The translations under genes and the position numbers were made by a program. DNA of 9,628 nucleotides from Azolla caroliniana (lineage: Eukaryota > Plantae > Polypodiophyta): the NCBI GenBank assembly GCA_043228905.1, contig JBHGNT010001345.1:1-9628 (forward strand), written 5' to 3'. The notes under the pieces were generated by a model. The model did not search any database and was not told where the DNA came from. It saw only the letters and a program-made list of their open reading frames with translations. Shown here one piece after another: positions 1-9,628 of this stretch (the first letter of the stretch is position 1; each line of letters starts with the position of its first letter).

Positions 1-292
<292 letters not shown>

Positions 293-497
293 TCACGCTC
301 CCCATTACTACCCTACCATAATCCAAACATACACTTCTATTAGGATAATCCCGTGGCTATTCTACTATGCTTCTCGGAGGGTGGGGAATAGAAACTCTTG
401 ATTGGTCATTGATACGTACGAATCATGGGGAGGGGGACAACCAACCACGATCGGCCATGGCTGGAGTCGATCGCGCGACGCGAGCCCCCCCACGATT

Positions 498-543
498 CGG
501 GAGCTCCATCCACTATCCAACGGGAGCTCCATCCACTATCCAA
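498..543. repeat. Perfect tandem duplication of a 23-bp unit (CGGGAGCTCCATCCACTATCCAA x2)
   Basis: 498-520 and 521-543 are identical by direct reading. Confidence 0.95.
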
Positions 544-653
544 ATGGGATTGCTATAGCCGTCGCTTCCTCCTATAATAGGAGTTGGGGTGTACGCGAAT
601 TCCATAGAAAAAAAGGGTCTTTGGTTGTCTGTGAGGCAAAAATCCCTACTTTT

Positions 654-725
654 TCCTCGGTAGCTCAGTGGTAGAGCGGTCGGCTGTTAACCGATTGGTC
701 GTAGGTTCGAGTCCTATCCGGGGAG
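654..725 (+). tRNA. trnN-GUU: tRNA-Asn (GUU)
   Basis: Cloverleaf: acceptor TCCTCGG/CCGGGGA, D arm GCTCAGTGGTAGAGC, anticodon arm GTCGG-CTGTTAA-CCGAT (GTT at 686-688), T arm GTAGG-TTCGAGT-CCTAT. 72 nt, CCA not encoded. Confidence 0.98.
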
Positions 726-1010
726 ATTCATACCTCTTCGGTGGAATGAAAGAGTTTCAGACGGTGGAGGTTTTGACGTCTTCTCCGGCAAGAGAACTCG
801 ATTCACGCGAGAATAAATAAGGGGGAGGTACACCCCATAATGTTATGAAAATTGATCAATATCTACATCAAGAATTCCCCGGGTCTGAGTAGGATACCCA
901 AAACTTCCCTGTGGGATGGGTCGCTTGCCACACCCACTACAGAACGAATAAATTGACAATTTTCTTATTCTTTATACTCGTTTTGTATAACGGAAAGACT
1001 TATATAGGGA

Positions 1011-1091
1011 ATGATCTAAAATTTTCAATCATTTTAGATCATAATGTTGTTCTATCAGTAAAAAGAAGAGATAGATCTTCCTCTTACTGAT
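1011..1091 (-). terminator. Two adjacent stem-loops between convergent trnN and ycf2; probable ycf2 mRNA 3' stabilising/processing structures
   Basis: One is a perfect 12-bp inverted repeat, ATGATCTAAAAT (1011-1022) / ATTTTAGATCAT (1031-1042). The other is a 16-bp inverted repeat, 1054-1069 / 1076-1091, whose two mismatches become G-U pairs only in minus-strand RNA. Confidence 0.6.
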
Positions 1092-1159
1092 TCGACCTTT
1101 GGATACTCCTGCATTGCTAGAGACCTAGACTGAATGAAGAGTATCTAAGGTTTTTTATA

Positions 1160-1426
1160 TCATATTGGACTTTCATGAAAAGATTGTTTCGTTGTTCTAT
1201 CCAATGACGTCTCACAAAATTGGAACGGATCGAATAGATATTGATAAGTTTCAAGCAACATATTATAGATAAGGAAATCCTTGAATGGAGAGCGGTTCCG
1301 TTTCCATCTACTTCTATGAACCAGAAGCCTGAAACGAGTGAATCGCTCCTGCAAGTCTTCTATTACAATGTTTTGATACAAGTGAATGGGAACAAATGTC
1401 TGTGGATATTGCGGATGTATATGCAT
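1160..1426 (-). CDS. ycf2: Ycf2 C-terminal segment, out of frame with the main ycf2 ORF
   Basis: ERFTRFRLLVHRSRWKRNRS...NMLLETYQYLFDPF...SLDRTTK resembles the conserved Ycf2 C-terminus (FELLIHRQRWLR...SESYQYLSNLF...LLDQMTK in seed plants, from recall). It lies immediately downstream of the main ORF stop. Confidence 0.8.
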   Translation of the reverse strand: MHIHPQYPQTFVPIHLYQNIVIEDLQERFTRFRLLVHRSRWKRNRSPFKDFLIYNMLLETYQYLFDPFQFCETSLDRTTKQSFHESPI

Positions 1427-1437
1427 AAACTAAGTTT

Positions 1438-4400
1438 CTAATCCGGAGGGGAGTTATTGCACCGCTTGACAGATGATTCAGTCATCGATTTCGGATCATA
1501 CCCACGATAGATAAAAAAATTCAGAATTTTTTTGTTTGAGAGATGTTTTTCGCGCTCCCTTCTCATACCGTAAGTGACATAAAGCCTACGCACCAGTTCT
1601 TGCTTCGCCAACAAACAACGATGTGGGGAAGGAATATTAGGATCCGGCTGGAACAGAAGCGTGGGATCCCAGACAAAGCGCCCCCCCAAGAATCGAGTCG
1701 GTTCATCGGATCGATTCCATTGTGTTTCATATTGATTGGACGAGTCGGAGATTCCCAATTCCAAAAATTGCTCACGTAACGAGAGATTATCCAATCGGTC
1801 TTCCAGTTTTTTAATATATCTTTGTCTCAACCTACCTAAAGCTCTCTCATAACCGAAAAGATATCCTTTTTTATCATACGATCTATTTTCACTATACTTA
1901 ATCCTATTCAATTCGAAATCCCGTTGGGGTATTTTATTCTGACTTTGGTAAAGGAGGATTATATTATACAAATTATTGAATTCGGATAATACTCTTATCG
2001 ATTCGTAAGTACCACTTCGCATGAAACTGAGGCGCCAAGCCTTGGGGGACCAGGCAATTTCACGCGATACTTCCATCGGAATTGAGTCGATTTCGAGTGA
2101 CTGTTTCATTCGGAGGGTTAAGCTATTAAACACCCCTATTCTCGTAGATTTGGAGGAACAACCTGCATAGGTTATATCCGAACAGTAACTGGGTTCAGTA
2201 GAAAAAGGAAAGGAAAGACTTTGATTGGATTGATTTCTGCTTCTACAGATTTCTGAACATGGGAAATCTTTCGAGAGGTTTTCTAGAACGCCACAAGCTA
2301 GGTTAAAACCATTCTCTACAACTTTATCAAGAATAATGCAATTTTCTTTCTTTCCCATATCCGTTTCGAACGAATCGCGGGCCGCTAATCCAGCTAGTAG
2401 CCCTGGGATATGCGAAAACAGAGTGAATTCCTTAATTGTTGATTCGGTTATTGGGGGTTCCACGTACCAGTTAGACAAATAGTAAAATCGCCTCTTTGAT
2501 GCATTACTACCACTAGATAGAATATTTGTGGGATAAGTATCTATCAAACTATTTTTGAGAATAGTTTCTACTATACTGTGAGAATGAATATTATATTCAG
2601 AACTAGATTCTGTTTCATTGCCTATACAAGTAACAATTGAATGTTGTCTATGTGAAGCTAATCCAATGACATCACTACATAAAACCTTTTTTCTTCTCGA
2701 AGTACCAATTAATAACGCTTCATTAGCAGAAAGGAATGAATCTCGTTTGCTATAACCCGTAGTTCCAGACCCAGTACCTTCAAGAAGAGGCGAATTAGCT
2801 TCTATTTCGAAGCCTTTGATACGTAGGAGGATTGACAATCCTTTCTGACGTTGACACCTGTTGGACCTTCGGAAATTTATCAATTGGTTTGGCCGGTTCG
2901 GAGCTATCGGAGCTGGATCCACCCTTGCTGGTACATGAGTCGAAGCAATAAGAAGAATATTCTTACGAATGCGAGAGTTACTGCGCTCATTACCAATATT
3001 ACTCAGTATCAGGCAAAGCAAAAACCTGGGATTAGCTTCTAGTCTGTGATACGAACGATGAATATTCAATTCATGAATATCTTGAATCCATATTGTGCAG
3101 GGAGACACCTCTCTCGCTATTCCAAAAACGAGACCCAATCGGCGTACGCTCTCTCTCGAGATGAAACTTCCATGTACATTTCTGAGATATGATCGATTGT
3201 ATAGCAACTTTCTTATTGGTAGCCTCACCAACGGAAAGTAGGAATTGGATGCTATATCCCTAATGACGGAAGATCGTCCAGTTTCTATGGGTCCTACTAA
3301 CGGAGTTCCCTCAGATGGTAATAATCCTGATTGGAGTGAGATAGGTATGTCATGACATGGCATACCTAGAACGCCTCTCCGTCTCGTCGTTGCTGAAAAT
3401 AGAAGATTTCTTTCGAGGGCGAAAAGAGCCCACTTCTCCGCAGGATCTAACCTACGGATCTTGTAACTCAATAGATCGTTTTGACAGAATTGAGGTAGGT
3501 ATGCCAAAACATCAGATCTTTCTTGTGGAGAAGGTTCATAATCGATCCGACTACTCGAGAAATTAGAATTGGAATTCGATTTCGACTGATACTTGGAAAT
3601 AGTATTATTCGTTACTAAATAGTGCGTTAATAGTTCTTTCTTACTATTAAGGATATCGGAGCTTTCCCTACAAAGTATCCACAAATCTAGTTCGTTTTTG
3701 ACGAAGGAGAAAAAGAATATATTATTTATGTAATTCGAGAATCTCTTCAAATAATGGATTAGTACATCTCTCGTTTGCATTTGCCTTGTTGAAGGGGAAG
3801 AAATTCCCTTCTCTGAATAGGATCCACGCATTGGGTCTATTAAATATCCAATAGTATTGAAACGTTTCCATGAATGAAGGGAGTTAGAGCCCGAAACGGC
3901 AGATAAAAGATACTTGGATAATGCAAGAACGTATAATACTGAAAGAACGAAGTAAGATAAGATAAGCTTATTGGAAAATTGAGAAACTAACCACCTTGAA
4001 TGTGACATCTTCGTTTCATTAGGAAATTCCTTGAAAAGGATAAGATCTATTTTGGATAATCTTTTATTGGTAGAATCATTCTTGAATCTCAATCTTAGGC
4101 TTTGTGATGAATAAGTTTTGGCTCTATATACACCCTCAGAAATTCTTTTAGAAATTCTAGGTAAAGGGTAATTCGGGTCATCACTTATTTTATGTACTAC
4201 TTCTGGATATGTTTCTCCAATCAGATCGTAGAAATATCTCCACCAGTTAGGGGTAAAAAACCAAGGTATATACTCTCTGAATAGGCTCCATTTTTCAAAG
4301 ATATTGTCTTTCCAAAAGATCAAAGATATCTTATATTCGTTCAAACCTTTCGAGAATTCATTGAAATTGATAAGATGGAATGGGCGTATAGGTTCTTTCC

Positions 4401-7143
4401 GAACATACGGATCTACGATTTTCGTATCTTCGTGCGAAACCTTCTTCCCAGTCAATCCTATTAGAGATCTTGATGTTACATCGTTGCGTAGTGAGAATCT
4501 TAGCGACCAGTAAAGCATTTTCAATTCTTCTGGTTCCCAGAAAGACCCAATGGATGAATCATTTTGATAGAATCGATTCTGGGTTAAAAAATTCCCCGAG
4601 TCTGATCCATCTTCGATGGGCTTTTCTAAATCGACTTGATCCAATCCCAGACTCTTAGGGCGAGGTCGGGGTCGCCGATCCGCCGATGGATTATAGTTTC
4701 TCAACGTTTTTCCCAAACGAATTCCATGGCTACTGCATGAAGATAGAAACGAATCTCTCGTTTCATGAGGGGACGAACTCAACCCCGACAGTAATCTCTT
4801 CAGATCCAAAAAAGGAAAAATCCTATCTGAACGAGTTGATGATGATGTCGCAGGTTTTTGCGGATTAGATGGAATAAGTTGAACCGTTGTAGGTACATGA
4901 CCAACAGTTTCCTCCCCTTCTGTTCGTTTCAATAGACTGGGTGATAACGAATTTGACAGTTGGGACTGAATAGATGAGATGGTATTGTATGAGACGACTT
5001 CATTTTTGGAGTCCACATACGGATTCTCTAAGACGTTGGGATAGCTACTGCTGCATCTCCCAATAAAGAAATCCCTTTTGATTCTTGGAATGAAATTGCT
5101 TCTAGCACAGTCCCATACAGGTGAGTTAGAGTGTTCTAGAAGCTTTGGTGTATTCGCTTCATCGGAGATATATCTCGAAATACTTTCATTAATGTCTTTG
5201 TTTGAACCCCCCCCACGACTCGAACTATCTAGAAGCAGATTCCAAATCTGCCTACCCGTAGTGGAAAGAACATCATTCGATAATCTTGTTCGGGTAGATT
5301 CGATGTGGGGTAACCCAACGAGAGGCGGATTCCCTGCGGGTTCTAACGAGATTGACGAGCCTATGGATTTTTTATCAACAATCAACGATCTAGACTCAAC
5401 GATTAAACCATTTTTTCCCTCGAGAATCCTTCTTTTGAGGAAGGATATCTGTGCTGCCTTAGTTTTAATACCAAGTAATTTCGATAAGCGATTAAGCTTC
5501 GAAAGACCTATAGGATTCAACTTCTCGGTGTAATAATCGATCGTATCTATCACAAATTTTTGGCGAGTAACTTCGGTAACAATCGTTTTGTAAAGAAGTA
5601 AAACATTGAGAAATCGATGAGGATACTTCTCGTTATTCCGAGTGATTTTGTTGATACTAGTACCAACACTACCTAGTAGTTCGCTTCTCGTTTTTGATAC
5701 ACCGCAAATCGATTTATCTAAGTCATACTTTAGTTTTAAAGATACTCTCCCGAAAGAGGAGAAAGACGAATCTCCGATTGTATCGAGCCATCCATGCGCA
5801 TTTGACTCGACATCCCTATACTCATCGATTTGAAATGCAAAATATCCACGCTCTATGTTATCTTTCCATTCCAATAATCTTTCTTCAATTGCAATTCTTG
5901 TTACACCAGTGGATTCCCCGCTCCCCGCCCAGCCACCCAACCGATATTTCATCCGGAAGAGATATTTGCTAGCTAATCCACAGAAATAGTCATATAAAAT
6001 AAGTGTGTAGTTCTCTCTCATTTTCAATGGAAATCTTTTACCAGATTTCTCGCTATTCTTAATACCAAGAATTCTTGTCCCAATAGAAATCGGATTCGAT
6101 TCCTCATCGATCAAAAGAAATCGATTGAGTCGATATATTAAAGCATTCCTCATTTGTGAATAAATTTGTAGGATGGGAGGGTCTCCCCCGCCTCCGTGAC
6201 AATCTAACCCGGATGTACCATAACGAGACGGCTTTTTATTTATACAGAACGGGAATGAAGACAATTCGTAAAAGGCTTCCCGCTCGGGATGGAACACCGA
6301 CCCACCCCCCTCGGATTCGAATAAGATCTTATCGCAGGAGTCTGCGGGGATTTTGAAATCGTTTTTCAATCCTGTTGTTCGTAGTCGATCCGGATCTTGC
6401 TTGTTAGATACTTTCCAGGAAAATGATGAATCAGAACCATTCTTGTAAAAGTCAATTCTATTTTTGGTAAGTCCCGCATATTTATAGAATTTGAAAAACC
6501 TATTGGAATCTTCTAGAAATCTATCGATCCATAATGGCTGAATCCTCTCAGTCTCGTCTCTGGATATATCTTCGCTAGGGAGTGAATCCCTCACTAAGCA
6601 GACCCTCCATCTGCCCGAAACCAGAGGATGCTTTTGCTCCCTCGTCGAACCTGTGGAAGTATCTTCGTTCGAAGCTAAGAAATAGTAAGAATCAGGTGTT
6701 CTTCCTTTCTCATCCCTTTCAACAGATAACGATCTTTTGAATTGAGGGACGCAGTAAGGGAAGTCACTGGAATTTTCCACCTGTTCTTTTCTTACTTCGA
6801 CACTCCTATTCATTGTTTTTGCTAATACCGAACCTTCTCCGATCGAACTTCCCTTATTCAGGCAATGCATAAAAATCGGCATTGCTAGTAAAACTAGGAT
6901 TTCCAGGATGACGGTACTATCCCTCCTCACCGAACGACGCGGATTGCGTAGAGGGAGCAGATTCAGAATTCATGAGTCAAATGATCTGATAAAAGGTTCA
7001 TGACTGGAGAGCGGACCCATCAGAAATTTCTTGAGATGTTGGTCCTTCCATAATCTGAAGAAGTAGTCCAATCCACCGATTTCTACTAACCTCGGAACTT
7101 TGGATGGAGAATATGGACTTCCTACCTTTTTTTCTCTTTTCAT
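1438..7143 (-). CDS. ycf2: Ycf2, FtsH-related AAA ATPase of the plastid protein import motor. Probable start is ATG at 7143, with an internal TGA at 6970-6972 (predicted U-to-C edit) and a conserved C-terminus continuing out of frame to 1160
   Basis: The 1830-aa ORF has Ycf2 motifs: WSLFREYIPWFFTPNWW, degenerate Walker A GPIETGRS, Walker B-like SPCTIWIQDIHEL, ASTHVPARVDPA.IAPNR, ANEAL and RFVWDP. The frame extends 71 codons upstream of the track's GTG (6930) to ATG 7143 (MKREKKVGS...), broken only by one TGA in 'FIRSFDS*ILNLL', matching Ycf2 'FIKLFDPRI'. Confidence 0.93.
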
Positions 7144-7393
7144 TTTATTTCTATGCGATAGAGACTATCTATTTATCACAATGATTATACAGGGAATCCT
7201 TAAAAGTTCAAGATGCAATAGAATAAGTACCTCAAGTAAGTAGAGTAATTTCTATACAGATTTTTGTAGAACCGGATCGGGAATTCCGAATGGTTATTAC
7301 ATTACTGGGGAGACCTGTGCGTACCCCACCCACCTTTTCTCATAACTTTTTATATTCCAAGCGATAAGAACGAGTTCTCTAACTAATTGAATG

Positions 7394-7467
7394 GGCGAAC
7401 GACGGGGATTGAACCCGCGCATGATGGATCCACAATCCATTGCCTTGATCCACTTGGCTACGTCCGC
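7394..7467 (-). tRNA. trnH-GUG: tRNA-His (GUG)
   Basis: Minus strand reads GCGGACGTAGCCAAGTGGATCAAGGCAATGGATTGTGGATCCATCATGCGCGGGTTCAATCCCCGTCGTTCGCC. Anticodon GTG is at 7431-7433, with a C73 discriminator and genomic G-1 at 7468. This is the classic position downstream of psbA. Confidence 0.98.
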
Positions 7468-7803
7468 CCCCTTTGCTACTCACTCGGCCCTCCGAGCGGG
7501 GAAGGGAACAGGATCTACCCATCAAGCCATTAATAGCTATTAAGGTCCTTCGATTGATACACATACATATTTGTTGTGTATATAACGAGACAATGGGAAA
7601 TCCGTGGAATGAGGGATATACCCCCAACCCAATCTATTCAAACGATTGGTAGATTACAAGCATTCCGTGAATTTTCATAATATTTTTTAATACCTATACA
7701 CAGGAGTATTCTAAATATTCTTCAGAATCCAAGAGCCGACGGTTGTAGGATCGTGACAAACCATTACCTTTCTTCCTGTTTGTTCCATGGGACGAACCTT
7801 CGT

Positions 7804-7843
7804 TGGACACCAAACCTTCCGGAACGGAAAGGTTTGGTATCCA
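7804..7843 (-). terminator. psbA 3'-UTR stem-loop
   Basis: Minus strand reads TGGATACCAAACCTTTCCG-TTC-CGGAAGGTTTGGTGTCCA, an ~18-bp stem with one bulge and one G-U pair (a mismatch on the plus strand), 25 nt after the psbA stop. Confidence 0.85.
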
Positions 7844-7868
7844 GTTACACTGCATAGCTAAACGGGTA

Positions 7869-8945
<1,077 letters not shown>

Positions 8946-8991
8946 TCAAAAAAATTAGTGATTCCCCAGGCTAGTAAGCTTGTTGATTCGT

Positions 8992-9020
8992 AGTATATCA
9001 CGAAAACCTATCGGTGTCAA
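8992..9020 (-). promoter_or_regulatory. psbA sigma70-type (PEP) promoter
   Basis: On the minus strand, TTGACA (9020-9015), a 17-nt spacer, then TATACT (8997-8992) preceded by TGn (extended -10). It sits about 60 nt upstream of the psbA ATG. Confidence 0.9.
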
Positions 9021-9153
9021 CTGAGGTGGGTAATGCACCAAGGGTTTGCATAGGATGAACTCCTTCTAATAAGATAATAAGACTATTGCTTCTAGGACTA
9101 TCGCTTACTGTAGAGCCTTTGCGTATAGTCTTGGGAGCATCAGGTGTGCCGAG

Positions 9154-9206
9154 TCGGGTTGGTTTTTCACTCGCGAGTCGCGACGCGAGTAGTAAAACCG
9201 AGCCGA
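9154..9206. repeat. GC-rich imperfect inverted repeat with nested perfect palindromes
   Basis: Left arm TCGGGTTGGTTTTTCACTCGC pairs imperfectly with GCGAGTAGTAAAACCGAGCCGA. Internal perfect palindromes are ACTCGCGAGT (9169-9178) and GTCGCGAC (9177-9184). Confidence 0.7.
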
Positions 9207-9628
9207 GAGTGGCTCTATCTTCCTTTCAAAAAGAATTTCAATACCAAGAAAAGAAAAAATTATTGGCTATGTAATCTAAGTAACCCGCCTAAGTAAAGGT
9301 CGCTTCCCTTTAAGATAAGAGGCGCGGGTAAAGAAGAGCAAGCCATCGTTTTCTAAGCTAAGAGGAATGATGCCTGAAAGAGGGCTAACTCTTGCAGAAT
9401 AGGATGTTTGAGGCGTTTCATGGGTAGGCTTCACACTCATAATCAGTCGAGTTTCCGCTTGCTTCTTTCCTTCCCCCGACGAACCTTTCAACCTCACATT
9501 AGTCCGTCCCTTTGGGTAAGCTAAAGAATCTAATAATTTCTAATATGAGGGATGATTATCAACCCTCGCTTATGGCTTAGATTTCTCCTACTCATCGTTC
9601 AAATCCTAATTATCCATCGTTTGTTTGT

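Noticed and set aside
498-543. CRISPR-like repeats
   Set aside because: There are only two directly adjacent copies, with no spacer and no cas genes.
367-674. Plus-strand ORFs 367-558 and 402-674
   Set aside because: They run through the GC-rich palindrome and tandem repeat, and one runs into trnN. Neither is a recognisable protein, and stop-poor composition explains them.
953-978. Plus-strand TTGACA...TATACT promoter antisense to ycf2
   Set aside because: The spacer is only 14 nt (16-19 expected) and the context is AT-rich, so a chance match is likely.
1241-6356. Short plus-strand and alternate-frame ORFs inside ycf2
   Set aside because: These are shadow ORFs of a long coding region with no recognisable motifs. 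Only 1160-1426 shows Ycf2 similarity.
6928-6930. GTG at 6930 as the ycf2 start
   Set aside because: Ycf2-like sequence continues upstream in frame to ATG 7143 across a single editable TGA.
7392-7394. Genome-encoded CCA end on trnH
   Set aside because: The apparent CCA includes the C73 discriminator, so a full CCA tail is not encoded.
7379-7627. 82-aa minus-strand ORF
   Set aside because: It fully overlaps trnH-GUG and has no recognisable product.
9086-9274. 62-aa plus-strand ORF upstream of psbA
   Set aside because: It has a TTG start, passes through the palindrome and an A-rich tract, and shows no evident homology.
9547-9567. Short imperfect palindrome GAGGGATGATTATCAACCCTC
   Set aside because: It is too short, with a mismatch and a 1-nt loop, to support a functional call.

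Overview
This is plastid (chloroplast) DNA, most likely from a leptosporangiate fern, covering inverted-repeat (IR) sequence near the IR/small-single-copy (SSC) junction. Gene order is the 5' part of chlL (-, ACG start), trnN-GUU (+), ycf2 (-), trnH-GUG (-), and psbA (-) with a consensus sigma70-type promoter and a 3' stem-loop, followed by about 0.6 kb of unassigned spacer. The ORF track misses chlL and mis-bounds ycf2. chlL needs C-to-U editing to create its start codon. ycf2 appears to start at ATG 7143 and carries an in-frame TGA at a conserved Arg, which implies U-to-C editing. The most unusual feature is that the conserved Ycf2 C-terminal ~90 aa lies in a different frame, with a TAG in each frame at 1430-1440, and substitution editing alone cannot repair that. 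Both flanking spacers contain CpG-rich nested palindromes sharing an 11-bp core, and one abuts a perfect 23-bp tandem duplication. I found no convincing wholly new system. Protein homology statements come from my recall of the families, not from a database search.
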